Notes: generated by a model from the letters alone, not told the origin. 63,875 bases of DNA from Octopus bimaculoides (GCF_001194135.2 NC_068983.1:58702420-58766294), one strand, 5' to 3'. Shown: positions 47,977 to 60,570, counted from the first letter of the stretch. Translations and numbers: made by a program.

Positions 47977-48308
47977 TGTTTCTTTATTGGCCACACAGGA
48001 CTGAACACAGAGGGGACAAAATACAATGTAGAGCTTTTCTTTTTTGGGAAGAAGAGAAGAAAAGAAGAAAGTGAATCAAATTTTGATCAAAAGGGATCGT
48101 GGAAGAAAAAAAAGGGTGTGGCTGATCAATAGGGATCATGTATCACAGAAATGTCAATGTAAAAAGGGAAAACAGATTAGGTTAATCCGTGGAAAGAAAA
48201 GCCTGCAGAAAAGACCACGGGAACCTTGGGCAATAGTGTAATGCAAGAAAAAATAACACGTTACAGTAAGTGGCTCTCTTTTTTCTTTTCTTTTTTTTTT
48301 TTTTTGGT

Positions 48309-50064
48309 TTATAGGACTATGCTCAAGCATATTAAGACCAATGCCACCCTTGCTACATTCAGCCATCTTATTTTGAAACATTCACTTGACAAAACTTCCC
48401 TCTCTACTCTCACCTTCCTCTTCAAGTGATACTTGAAGAAGTTGATGAGAGATTCACCAGAGAGGAAAGTGTTTGTCTCTAGACATTTCAGATGCGTCCA
48501 CCATACACATTCTTTCGCCATAGCCACAAGTACGATGAAAATAGCTCTTCCTTCCCGTTTCAAGGAAGGAAGCGCGACAATATTCACGATAGACTCGGTT
48601 GATGAACCGACTCGTCCCACATGCGACAGCAGTGGTTTGACATAGGCCCACAGGTCATAAATGGTTGGACACTGTATGAGTGAGTGAAGGACGGTTTCGG
48701 CGCTCTGACTGCATCTCGGACAAGACGTCTCCAAACAAGTCTAGCATACAACTGTAAAGTTCGTAGGGTAGACCATCCAAACCCAGCGATTTGTCCTTCG
48801 AGCATTCTGCCATCGCGTCCCGCACTTCCGCTGCCGTGATGGCACCTTCGCAGCACCCTGCCTCTCTTGTCGAGAGTCATGGCAGGCTGTGCAGGCAGGC
48901 ACTGAAGTCCACCCTGCGTTCTTGCTCACCACTCATCCCGAACACTCGAGCAAAATGCTGTTGAAAGGCATGTGATGGTGGTGGTACTGGCATTCATGTT
49001 TACGTCTGTATTCATTCTTTTTAAATTCCCCTCCTCCGTCCTTCTTTCATCGACATGTGGTGTGGGGAGTGGTGGAAAATCCGTCAAAACGTTGGATGCG
49101 ATGCCACTTCTAATCATCTCTTCTAGCTTCTTAACTAGGTCACCCTCTACTCTGTTTCTATCTATGGCTAGTGCTTTGCTTTACCTAATCACTTCTGCTT
49201 TTGTTGCTCTCTTGAGGGCAAACCACCATTTGTTGTTGATGATGGCTCCCATCAAAGCCCTCTTTACTAGCATGCTAATCTGGTCTCTGAAAATCTGTCT
49301 CGATGGGAAAGACGCGTTTAGTTTCCAGTACCTGAGACCCTGCCTATGTGTCTTATCTAAGTCTAGCGTACACGTCACAAGTTTGTGATCCGTGTAGCTG
49401 ACTATGTGGAATTGTGGACACCCTACGCTATCACTATCTACTGTCCTACATAGTATCCTATCTAGATACGATCTCAACGACCCGATGCGGTTGCTCCATG
49501 TCCATGTTGGCACATTCGGGTGGTCAAATTGGTACCTCTCAGACAGTTGAAAGCATCTGAGCAGGTCTCTGAGGCATTTACAGCCTTATCTATTCCTATC
49601 TCTGCCCATGTAGTCTACATGTGTGTCCAAGGTAGTATTCTAATCCCCCACTAAAAGTAAGGGACGAGACATTCCTAGGAATAGTTCTAGACGTCAAAAG
49701 AAATCCAGCCGACCTGTTAAAGGTGGTGCGTAGACTGATACGAGTCAAAAAGTATACCCATTGCTGCCGTTGATATCCAGGATGATCAGTCTACTCTCCA
49801 GGTCTACAAATATTGTCTTTACTTCGAGATCCAGACTCTTGTGGAAAAGTACTGCCGTGCCACTACCGCCCATTCTCGGCAGACAGGGAGAAAATAAATG
49901 TTAAACTGTCCGCCAAACATGGAGTTTAGGGCCCATGGATTATGGAGTCTGGTCTCACTTATGGTTATGATTTCTAACTTGTGTGACTTTATGTCATTTA
50001 AGAGTTACCCTTGTTTCCAAGGGGACCCCAAGCCATGCACATTCACACAACCAATCTTGATCAT
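48309..50064 (-). pseudogene. ORF2 of the Tx1-like LINE: endonuclease plus C-terminal zinc finger, RT domain absent
   Basis: ATG at 50064 (MIKIGCVNVHGLG). ORFs 49181-49513 and 48309-48734. No RT motif (e.g. YADD) is visible between them. Confidence 0.85.
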
Positions 50065-50076
50065 AATCCTAGTGAG

Positions 50077-52270
50077 TTAAAACACAAATGAAAGGAACAG
50101 AGGGTTGCTTACTGCTCGAAAGTTTTTGCTTTCTCCTCCTTTGGTTTGTCGTCGAGGAGATCCCAATAAAGTTTTTTTCGAAAGGTATTTCTGGCATTTA
50201 CCAACCGCACCGGGGAACATGCCTTTTAGTGTGTGGTGCAGGCTTCGTGAGATGTGTAGTATTTTGATGTGCTTCGGTGGTGTTGTGTATGGGTGGTTGT
50301 TTGTTTTTATGTCATCTTTTGTTAGGTTTGTTTTTGATTTGAAGTATTCCATCAACTCTGTGTTTTTAGTGTCTATGGCTGTGAGCATTTTGCTGTATGT
50401 ATTTTTGTGGTGTTGGCGTTTTTGTTGCTATTGTTTGTGGTAGGTTTCGAAATGTCTTCGGGAATTGTATATCTCCCTGCTTTGTTCTCGTTTGCATTTG
50501 ATTTGGTTCTTTTTTTTTTTTTGCTCCTTTTCTTCCTTCCTTTTCTGGCTATTTGCCATTCCTCACTGCTTTCATCTTCCAACAAAATTTCTGGGGAATC
50601 AGAAGTGGGTAGGGCCATGTTGTAGGCTTCTATGTATGTTTGTGTAAGTGATTGTGTTGTTGCTTTCGTTGATGTTGGTTGTTGATTGTTTGTGTGTGGT
50701 GTGTGCGGTATAGGGATGGGAAATTAGTTTTTGTATCTTTAGTTTGTTTTTCTGTTTCTTTGGCTCTTGCTGTTGTTGGTGATGTTGGTATTTTCTCAGG
50801 TATTTTTTCAGGTGTTGTATTATTTTTGATTGTTGATAGATTTGCTTGGTGTGCTTCAGTGTTGATGGTGTGCTTCTTGTCATTTTCTGTGTTGATTGTG
50901 GTGTGGGTAGTTGTGCTTTTTTCTCGGAGTGTTTTGGTTGTGGTGGTGGTTGTTGTTGTTGCTCTTGTTGTGCTGTGGTTGGACAATTCTTTTCAAATGT
51001 GTTTCGCTGCCGCACAGATAGCAGCGTGGCCGCCTGCCTGCCACCATTACATACAGTAGCTTTCTGGCAGTTCTATAGCAGTGGGTATCTTCTCTGTTGA
51101 TGTTTCACCAATTTGAAGAAGTAATAGAATTGTTTTTCCTTCCCAGTTTTGCTGTTCTAGAACAGCGATTTCGAGAATGCTTGTCTCTGCCATTTCAAAG
51201 CAGATGGCAGAGACCAGCCATTGTGTTCCTACTTCAGATGGCACATTTTTTATTGTGACTTTCGTCACCCTCTGGTCTAAATATGTCGGTATCATCACCA
51301 AGTCATCTGTATGCAGAGCCAATGTGGAAAATCTTTTCGCTAGATTTTCATTGTGGAAACGTATTTGGACTGTGCCAAATTTATACTACCAATTGACGTA
51401 TTCCTTGTAAGCCCATACAGGGCAAAGGCATGTTTCTATTTTTTGCTGTGGTACAATTTCTGGTCGTTTTGTCTTCATGTTGATAACTTTGTATATGATT
51501 GGAATTTTTGTGTGTGTTCTCCATGATGTGTTGTGGAATGTGGAGATATAAACTATCTCCTTCCTTGGTGAGAAGCGCTTTTGTGTTGTTTATTTCTTGT
51601 GCAGTGAATTTTATGATGGTTCTCTTTTGTTTTATCGATTCTACAAAGTTTGTTTTGTCTTTGGTGGTGGTGGTGGTGGTGGTGGTGGTGTTGGTAGCAG
51701 AGGTGTCAGTTGTAGAAGTTGAAGTTGGGCGGTGCTGTCTTTGGTGGACGGCTTTGTGCTGATTTCATTGTTGTTATTGTTGGTGATGGTGGTGGTACTG
51801 GCATTCATGTTTACGTCGTCTGTATTTGTTCTTTTTAAATTCCTCTCCTCCATCCTTCTTTCATCGATATGTGGTGTGGGGAGTGGAGGAAAATCTAAGT
51901 TGATGTCTTTGGTGGCGGTGATGGTGGATGGCCTTGCAGCATTAGTTTTNNNNNNNNNNGATTCTACAAAGTTTGTTTTGTCTTTGGTGGTGGTGGTGGT
52001 GGTGGTGGTGGTGTTGGTAGCAGAGGTGTCAGTTGTAGAAGTTGAAGTTGGGCGGTGCTGTCTTTGGTGGACGGCTTTGTGCTGATTTCATTGTTGTTAT
52101 TGTTGGTGATGGTGGTGGTACTGGCATTCATGTTTACGTCGTCTGTATTTGTTCTTTTTAAATTCCTCTCCTCCATCCTTCTTTCATCGATATGTGGTGT
52201 GGGGAGTGGAGGAAAATCTAAGTTGATGTCTTTGGTGGCGGTGATGGTGGATGGCCTTGCAGCATTAGTT

Positions 52271-52302
<32 letters not shown>

Positions 52303-52392
52303 GGCGGTGGTGGTGACAGCAGTGTTCAAGCTGTGAGGTTCAGCAGCTAATGGCAGTGATAGCACCTCGCTAGTGTTCCTCATGACTTGCAT
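50077..52392 (-). pseudogene. ORF1 (gag-like, CX2CX4HX4C knuckle) of the Tx1-like LINE, disrupted
   Basis: Pieces in the ORF track at 51964-52392, 51047-51322, 50373-50618 and 50077-50388. The knuckle is near 50990-51050. Confidence 0.75.
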
Positions 52393-52638
52393 GCTAGCCA
52401 GTGGTTTCCAGTCACCATTTTCGAAATGAAAGATGGCTAAAATGAAACCAAGAAAGCCTTCAAAATTTTGGAAATTTTGCCCACACAGGGGCGAAATTCT
52501 ATTCTATGTAAATATTTATCTGGTTTTGTAGTGAATGTTCTTGCACAACTTTTAAACACAAAATATTTGACAATCAAGAGTTTTAAACATGTATAAGGCC
52601 AACTTAGGTGGCGCCCATTTGACTAGCGTCCATCAGGC

Positions 52639-52639
52639 G

Positions 52640-52703
<64 letters not shown>

Positions 52704-52716
52704 GGATAGATAGATG
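52639..52716. repeat. (GATA)n microsatellite
   Basis: Directly visible; abuts the 5' end of the Tx1-like LINE. Confidence 0.97.
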
Positions 52717-53429
52717 CAAAATTGATGGTGTTATCTTATTCTTACTTGATATTAATTTTCAAATAAACTGTTCTTTAACTGTGTTCATATAATGTACAGC
52801 TTTTGTATCACAGATTCCCCACTTGTTGGCAAAAATGGGAGAATTCTAACTTCAATTATTTCAATTATTGAAATGTAACTTGAGGTAGCTAACATGTCCC
52901 TTTAAATTTGCTTGTTTAAAACATCAATTTCTTTTACACCAAACTCATATGCGTGGGATGAACATATNNNNNNNNNNNNNNNNNNNNNNNNNNNNNNNNN
53001 NNNNNNNNNNNNNNNNNNNNNNNNNNNNNNNNNNNNNNNNNNNNNNNNNNNNNNNNNNNNNNNNNNNNNNNNNNNNNNNNNNNNNNNNNNNNNNNNNNNN
53101 NNATATATATATATATATATATATAATACAAATAAGAGAGAGAGAGAGATTCTTACCTACATGCATACACACACACATTATTATTCAATTATTTAGTTTT
53201 ACTTCTAGGTTTCCTACAATTGAGAAAGGGTCAACTGGTTTCTAACCTAAAATCAAAAGCCCCTTCAATAAAATTTCAAAAATGTCAGCAGAGTACTTGT
53301 GCATATATTTGTGTATATGCACGCGTATTTGGAGACATGTATGCATACATGTGTGTTTAAAATATGGACTGTAGGGCGACATGCCATGCCTGAGGAGACC
53401 TATTGAGTCAAATACATCAACATTGAATG

Positions 53430-53857
53430 AAATCAAATCACAATCAAATGGAAATTGCAGTTGTGGTTCACATGCCAGTACATAAAAAGCACCATCGGAA
53501 CGTGGTCGATGCTAGCCCCTCACCTCAACTGGCTTCTGTGCCTGTGGCACGTAAAGAGCCCCATCTGAATGTGGCCGATGACAGCACCACCTTGACTAGC
53601 TCTTGTGCCGGTGGCACATAAAAGCACCATCCAATTGTGGTTGATGCCAGCCCTCTCTGGCCCCTGTGCTGGTGGCACGTAAAAAAGAACCCACTAGACT
53701 CTTGGAGTGGTTGGCGTTAGGAAGGGCATCCAGCTGTAGAAACATTGCCAGATCATATTGGAGCCTGGTGTAGCCATCTGGTTCACCAGTCCTCAGTCAA
53801 ATCGTCCAACCCATGCTAGTATGGAAAGCTACGTTAAACGATGATGTTGATGATGAT
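53430..53857 (+). mobile_element. SINE family C variant
   Basis: Three to four diverged units ending ggtggcacgtaaaaaag, then acccactagactcttggagtggttggcgttaggaagggcatccagctg... and a (GAT) tail. Confidence 0.85.
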
Positions 53858-53899
53858 ATATATATATATATATATATACTCTCTGCTGTTTTTAATTCT

Positions 53900-54750
53900 T
53901 TGAATTCTTCGCCTGAAGAAGGAGATGGTTTCTAACAAAGATATAGATGTCCATCACTGGAATGTCACATTTTAGACTTGAGTAAAGTCTTGCAGAGTTT
54001 TACTGTTCCACATTTGTATTTGTAATGTGCAAGTTAAATTTCTTTTGGTAAATTTGTTGGTAAATTTCTTTTTCTGAAAATCCTAGCTTGTCTAGAATGT
54101 CACTTAGACATTTACTAAAAAAATAAGTGTACTAATTATTATTGCTATAAAAGTGAATTTATAATCTCGATATAGAAGCTGGAGGTTTTGGAGCAGCTGT
54201 CCATAGATAATCTCTTCCCTTTGATTTTCAAAGAGATATTCTCACCAGCAGTAAAGCAAACCTCTATGACAGTACATGCCTTTTCTTGTCTGTTATGTTT
54301 ACCCATGGACATGTTTTGATAGCAATGTTTCACCTGAGTTCCTTGTGATAACACGTGTTATTCTCTATATTTATTCCAGAACAGTTTTTTTTTACTGAAT
54401 AGCATGTCATGTTGTTTTTGCCATAACGTTGTGTAACATATGGAGGTAGTACCTTGACATTTTTGTGTTGCAGCTAATGGCATGTGTGATGTCTTCCACT
54501 TAAATATGATATAATCTACATTTACGGTTGCATCATGGAGCTCCGAGAGCTTTACTGTCTCTTTTGTTTATTAGGTATTTCGTAACAATCTCCTGTTCCT
54601 GGATTGCAAATGCATAACCTTCAAAGTGTGATGTGATGTAGCGGTCATGAATTCAAGTGACGCTACGCTTCACGTCAATATTACTATCTTCTTCAAGCTC
54701 TCGGTAAACATACCCCTGCATAGTCTTTTTTGTTTTGTTTTGGAATGCTG
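53900..54750 (-). mobile_element. RLE-type LINE (second subfamily), C-terminal ~850 bp, decayed
   Basis: ITSHFEGYAFAIQEQEIVTKY, KCRL...VEDITHAISC...RYYL...HNVMAK, CTVIEV, and GTVKLCKTL. Confidence 0.8.
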
Positions 54751-54764
54751 AGCGATTCACATTG

Positions 54765-54798
<34 letters not shown>

Positions 54799-54831
54799 TG
54801 TATGTATATATGTATGTATGTATATATGTTA

Positions 54832-55366
54832 TCAATCAGTTTCATTTCTGTATTTCTTGTCCATAGAGAAAGAGCCGGACTCTAACAGATTCAAGGCTCC
54901 TTCATTGGAACGTTTATCAACATCATCTAGGTATTTGTGCATATGTGTGTGTGTGCAGTATTTGGTGTTAGTGTATGCGCAGATTTGTATGTTTGTTTTA
55001 TGGATGCGTTTTATGTATATATTTTCATGTCATGGCGTATGCATATGTATTTATGCGCAGATTTGTATGTTTGTTTTATGGATGCGTTTTTATGTATATA
55101 TTTTCATGTCTAGATGCATGCATATGTATTTATGTGCTAAATTTTTGGAAAGTTTTACATATCTTTACAGTTCCATTGATGGCTTGAATCTGTAGTCTTC
55201 TAATCAGCCTTTTTCTTTCAGGTTTTGAGAACCCTGATTTTTCCAGGTTTTTGTTGAGGCAGTTCGTTACATATCCCAATGCCCCAACAATCACGGGTAT
55301 GAATCTGAACTTGTAGTCTGGGTGGAGTATCTGCAAATTTCTCAGTAGCTCGGCGTAGTTGTTCTC
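54832..55366 (-). mobile_element. RLE-type LINE (second subfamily) 3' end with 3' UTR, between (ATAC)n runs
   Basis: ENNYAELLRNLQILHPDYKFRFIPVIVGALG...GTVKICKTFQKFST*. The 3' UTR contains a ~76-bp tandem duplication (54973-55125). (TATG)n lies at 54765-54830 and 55367-55410. Confidence 0.85.
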
Positions 55367-55671
55367 TGTATGTATGTATGTATGTATGTATGTATGTATG
55401 TATGTATATGTGAATTGTGTGTGAAAGTGTAAGGCCGTGCGTTGAAAACGTGACTGTTTTTCTTCTGTTTTAAATGCATAATTTCTTAGATATATTGATT
55501 TCATCCTTTATTGCTTGTATTGAAATGGTAAAAACTGAACTGTTATTTTTGATCCCTTGGCAACATCTGATTAAGCAGACGTATGATCAAAGGCGTCCCA
55601 GCCGTGAGCATCCTGTCGTTCTATATTGTTTGTTAGACAACATTATTCGATGTCTTTTCTGTATTCTGAAT

Positions 55672-55880
55672 TAACTCTTTTAATGTTTGAGTCATTGAAC
55701 TGCGGCCATACAAATTAACTGCCTTGTATTGTTGGCTGAACACATCGTCTCCAGTATTTATCTTAAGTCTGGTACTTATTCCACTGGTCTCTTTTGTCAA
55801 ACCGCTAAGCTACGGTGAGATAAACAAACCATCAGTTGCCGAGCAGTGGGGGTGGAGGGATAAACACAAATATACTTACA
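55672..55880 (-). mobile_element. SINE family A, 3' half, degenerate
   Basis: gtcttttgtcaaaccgctaagctacgg and gagggataaacac motifs. Confidence 0.6.
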
Positions 55881-55895
55881 TGAACAAACAAACAA

Positions 55896-55927
<32 letters not shown>

Positions 55928-56872
55928 ACACACATACATACATACGTACGTACGTACGTACATACATACATACATACATACATATATACATACATACAAA
56001 CATACAGACATACATATATACGTACATACATATATATGAATAAAATCAACATAAGCAACAGGATATCAAATAGTGATGCAGTACGACCGTTTCAAGCGGC
56101 TTCATTTAATTGAGCAATGGAATCATTACATCAATTTAAATGCAGTGCCATCTTCAGCTGCACAAATAAACAAATAGAATTTAAACAAGTAAGACACATT
56201 AATATAATTTTTCTCAAATATTTTATCAGAGCGAGAAGATGGAAGAAATTCGTGTTGTCACTATTGTAGCTGAGAATAAACTACACTTCCAAGAATTGCA
56301 TGAAACCTATTGGGGTCATAGTAATGTAAGGGACTGTAATTCACTTCTAATTCATTTCTCGCTTTATCAACTACTAAATCTAAGACTAGAAGACTATGTC
56401 TATTTTGAATAAAGAACAAGAGTGAGTTGACAGCCCATGGCTAGGTATGGTCATAAATATTATCATATATGTATATATGTGTGTACGTGTGTGTATAAGA
56501 AGGCAAGTACTTGAAAAGGTAAATACAGATTACATATGTAACTCGTAACACATACAAAAGAAATTTACATATTAAGCTTAGCTTTGAAGCATATGTAGTC
56601 ATTATTTAACTTTTCCATTCCATACACTCTTTGTTTTATATTCACATCATGGGCAATTTTCGTTGCTAAACTGTGAGTTGTATGGTGGCTGTCGACCTAT
56701 TGAAATTTCCCTCCATTGTGATATGGGGCAAAGTACATAACATACGTCAGTTATCAAAATTTCTTCATCATATATTATCCAGTTTTTGTCATCGATACAG
56801 GCTGCATGCATGCTTGATATTTATTCACTTCCTGTACCACGATCATTTAGGATCGTGCTCCGCTATAGCTCA

Positions 56873-57432
56873 GTCTGTGTATGTGTGTATGCATATATAT
56901 GTGAGTGTATATGTGTATATGTACATATATGTGGGTATGTGTGAATATATGTGTGTGTGTGTGTGTATGTGCATATATGTGTGTATATATATGTGTGTGT
57001 ATGTATGTCTATGTATATACATGTGTGTGTATGTATTTGTTTATATGCATATGTGTGTGTATATATGTGTGTGTGTGTGTGTGTATATGTATGTGTGTGT
57101 ATATGTATTTGTATATATGTGTGTGTGTTTGTATGTGTGTATATGTATATATGTGTGTGTATATGTGTGTATATATGTATATATATATATGTGTGTGTGT
57201 GCGTGTGTGTGTGTGTTTATCTGTGTATGTGTGTATACGCATACACATATATGTTTGTCTTTGTGTGCATGTGTATATGCACGTGTTTGTGTATGTATAT
57301 ATCTGTATCTGTATTTATGTATGTATACGTATATGCGTATGTGTGTGCATGTGTGCATATGTATATACGTCTGTGTATGTATGTATGTATGTATGTATGT
57401 ATGTATGTACGTATGTATGTATGTATGTACGT
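56873..57432. repeat. long compound (TG)/(TA)/(TATG)n tract
   Basis: Directly visible; it is the source of the 56673-57696 spurious ORFs. Confidence 0.95.
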
Positions 57433-57565
57433 GACGGGCTTCTTACAGGTTCCAACTACCAAATTCATTCCTTCACAAGGCATTGGTCAACAGGGGGTTA
57501 TAGCAGAATATACTTATCCCAGAAGCCATGCTTAAGAATCGAACCTTATAATCACACAGCCATGC
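57433..57565 (-). mobile_element. SINE family A head, degenerate
   Basis: gacgggcttctt...cacaaggcattggtc...cacacagccatgcc. Confidence 0.6.
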
Positions 57566-58109
57566 CTTCACCCAACCCATTTAAGACTATAGAATGTGAT
57601 TTTGAGAGAGATTTAGCTGTTAATTCTTGCAGATTGCATGTCCTGTATAGAGATTCCATCACTGTCCTAAATACAAAGGTGTTTCACATAAAATAGCTGT
57701 GCTTTGTGTATTCAATACACAGAATTAATTTCGAAATTTCTGTATGTGCTCTCCAGATATGAATGAATATTGTCTATTGTTTCTGCCTGCTCCGGTTTGA
57801 CGTCACATTCCACTTGACCTATAGATTTTAAAAGTCATACATGAGACTATTGTTGTTTTAAAGCATCAGCTGTTGTCTTCTGAATGTTGGCAACTCTTAT
57901 GAGGACAGGACACAGTTGTTGTTGTTGTTGTCGTTGTCGTTTTTCTTATAATGAAACATGGTTTCTACACTGTTTCTGTGTGGTATTTGTTGACGCTGTT
58001 TAACCTCAGCTATTCACCTCTGATCAAGAAGACTGATCAAATATATTTCAGCTGTGATCATTCTCTCTTCAGTCTTTTGTGCTGAGAACCAAAGAGTATA
58101 TGGATTTCA

Positions 58110-58290
58110 AATTTTAGCACAAGGCCAGCAATTACGGGAGAGCGGACTCGAATTGTAGTTATTTTATCAACACGGATGGATTGAAAGGTAAAGTTGACCT
58201 CGATGGAATTTGAACTCAGAACATAAAGACGGATGAAATGCTGCTAAGCATTTTGCCCGGTGATCTAACGATTCAGCCAGATCACCAACT
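58110..58290 (-). mobile_element. SINE family D
   Basis: aaagttgacctcgatggaatttgaactcagaacataaagacggatgaaatgctgctaagcattttgcccgg. Confidence 0.75.
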
Positions 58291-58350
58291 TCACCCAAGA
58301 ATATATTACTCTAATGTGTCCATTTCTAAAATACAAGACTATCATAAACA

Positions 58351-58512
58351 AGCGCTGGTGTGGCTGTGTGGTAAGTAGCTTGCTTACCAACCACATGGTT
58401 CCAGGTTCATTCCCACAGCGTGGCACCTTGAGCAAGTGTCTTCTACCACAGCCTCGGGCCAACCGAAGCCTTGAGAGTGGATTTGGTAGACGGAAACTGA
58501 AAGAAGCCCGTC
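58351..58512 (+). mobile_element. SINE family A, 5' half ending in (TA)(TG)n
   Basis: Head and CORE-like body are intact; the 3' half is absent after the microsatellite (58540-58650). Confidence 0.85.
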
Positions 58513-58534
58513 CTATATATGTATATATGTATAC

Positions 58535-58639
<105 letters not shown>

Positions 58640-58864
58640 CGTGTGTATATAGACCCAGCCTTTCCTCTGCGTGTTGTATTAGTTGAGGCAGGATTTGCAC
58701 CCTGACCTCGTAAAACCCTCACTGGCAACGACTACCTAAACGGAATCATGGATTTGAGGGTTGCTGCCTGAGTTGTGCAAAGGTATCGTCCGCAAACAGT
58801 AGAGAAACACCAACAAATAGTGGATGCAGCAACATGTTGTTAAAGCACATGCCTTCGTACTTCT

Positions 58865-58871
58865 GCTGCTG

Positions 58872-58904
<33 letters not shown>

Positions 58905-58938
58905 ATACTAATACTACTACTACTACTAATAATAATAC

Positions 58939-58970
<32 letters not shown>
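58865..58970. repeat. (CTA)/(ATA)n microsatellite
   Basis: Directly visible in the sequence. Confidence 0.9.
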
Positions 58971-59657
58971 TCCAGCTCAATATGCCATTTCTGTACCAGT
59001 GTTGAGTTACAACATATTATCCAAGCAGGGATAGGATATAGACTGTTATAAACATGAGTAAGTATAATATTAGAATAATCACAAAATTAATTGCTGTAAA
59101 TTTGAATCGACCATTATACTTCATTTGCCAAAAGAGAAGAGAAGATTATGCAAATAAGAATTTGTTAAATAACCACTTGAAATGTGCGTATTAAATGTAT
59201 TTGAAACAACAGTGTTTGGTTTTCTGATCATTCTAATGCACGTACGCACCCATCTACACACACACAAACACACACACACAAACACACACACACAAACACA
59301 CACACACAAACACACACACACACACAAACACACACGTATATATGTATATGTGTATGTATGCGTGCACAATATACGTGTACGTGCATGCATACATATAAAT
59401 GTGTAAGCTCTAATGTTTAAAATTAAAATTTATGTCTCAATTTTTGTAACATCATGTAAACGCATATATTTATAAAATCCTTACGCAAAGGAGCATAAAG
59501 TATTTTATAAGGAACAAGCAGAAAAACAATGTTCGGATATCTTGGTGGGGGNNNNNNNNNNNNNNNNGGGGGGGGGGGGTCATGAATATCATATATTCAT
59601 AGATAAGTACAGCAAATCATTGAATTCTCTACAAACCCCCCTCTAGAATTATACAAA

Positions 59658-59696
<39 letters not shown>

Positions 59697-59846
59697 TGAT
59701 GTATGTATATATTTACATATGTATGTATTGACAGATATGTAGGTAAGTAGGTGGGTTGGTGTTATAAGTTTATGCATGGAGATGTTTGTATGTATATGTG
59801 TAGGCATATCCATACACATACACAAACACATGCATATATATATATC

Positions 59847-59896
<50 letters not shown>

Positions 59897-59915
59897 GTGT
59901 GTATACATCCATATA

Positions 59916-59990
59916 CAGAGTGGCCCCAAAGTAGGTTTACAGTTATCCCGTAGGCACTTTAGAATTTTTTTAAAACATTTTATTACATTA
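59916..59990. mobile_element. one end of the 23472-23872 MITE family
   Basis: TA-cagagtggccccaaagtaggtttacagttatcccgtaggcactttagaa...aaaacattttattacatt matches the reverse complement of 23800-23872. Confidence 0.75.
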
Positions 59991-60139
59991 AAATTTCTAT
60001 CTTGCAAGGGTTCTTTACTGTGGCCCCGGGCCGACCACTGCGTTGTAAGTGAATTTGTTTGACAGAATGAGTGTGGAATCCTTTTGTGTATATTATACAC
60101 ACGTGAATGTGTGTGTGTCTCTTACTATCTGTCTTTAAC

Positions 60140-60330
60140 ACCAACTCGCCATTTGTCAACCGGTGCTGGTTTGTTTACCTTCCCATAACATAGCGGTTCG
60201 GCAAAAGAACACAATAGAATAAACACCAGTCTTTAAAAACGAGTAGGTACTGGAATCGACTTGTTCAACTAAAACCCTCCAAGTCGGTGCCCCAGCATGG
60301 GCTACGGTCCAATGAGTGAAACAAATAAAA
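60140..60330 (+). mobile_element. SINE family A, 3' half
   Basis: ttgtcaaccggtgctgg...gcggttcggcaaaaga...ccagcatgg...gtgaaacaaataaaag. Confidence 0.75.
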
Positions 60331-60379
60331 GATAACACGCGCATACATGCATACGTTGGTGCGCATACTAACTCGTATA

Positions 60380-60570
60380 TTATATTTATTTCTTTATTGC
60401 TCACAAGGAACTAAACATAGACGGAACAAACAAGGACAGACAAAGGGATTAAGTCGATTACATCGATCCCAGTGTATAGCTGGTACTTATTTAATCGATC
60501 CTGAAAGGATGAAAGACAAAGTCGACCTTGGCAGAATTTGAACTCAGAATGTAGCGACAGACGAAAATAT
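60380..60570 (-). mobile_element. SINE family D variant with a different tail
   Basis: ctggtacttatttaatcgatcctgaaaggatgaaagacaaagtcgaccttggcagaatttgaactcagaa. Confidence 0.75.

Larger units (their letters stand above)
47977..52638 (-). mobile_element. Tx1/L1-group non-LTR retrotransposon, 5'-complete but RT-deleted and frameshifted
   Basis: 5' UTR, then ORF1 (52392 to ~50077) with the zinc knuckle VMVAGRRPRCYLCGSETHLK.NCP. ORF2 has an APE endonuclease (NVHGL, ISETR, TWTW..RI..YLDRI, YTDH, YWKLN) and a C-terminal CPRC..ETVLH...CP finger. AATAAA at 47985-47990; (TATC)n on both flanks. Confidence 0.9.

Noticed and set aside
47448-48026. Long ORFs in the track (YLSI repeats; also 3494-3852, 9934-10741 in other frames, 19291-19900, 56673-57696 and the N-containing ORFs)
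   Set aside because: These are translations of microsatellites, low-complexity tracts or gaps.
51636-52270. ~310-bp tandem duplication in Tx1 ORF1
   Set aside because: Identical sequence on both sides of a 10-N gap indicates unmerged contig overlap. The same pattern is seen at 33119-33240, and with haplotype-like differences at 17737-17820.
53913-53968. CCTGAAGAAGGAGATGG...CCATCACTGGAATGTC hammerhead-like motif
   Set aside because: The GAAA box and stem I fail. The stretch is the antisense of the RLE LINE 3' UTR and resembles 54860-54910 in the neighbouring copy.
56230-56325. Isolated 96-nt plus-strand exon candidate (SEKMEEIRVVTIVAENKLHFQELHETYWGHSN)
   Set aside because: Good splice sites and an open frame, but no recognisable homology and no partner exons; expected by chance in 64 kb.
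59547-59580. Poly-G tract suggesting a G-quadruplex
   Set aside because: It is interrupted by an N gap, so the true sequence is unknown; poly-G ends are also a common sequencing artefact.
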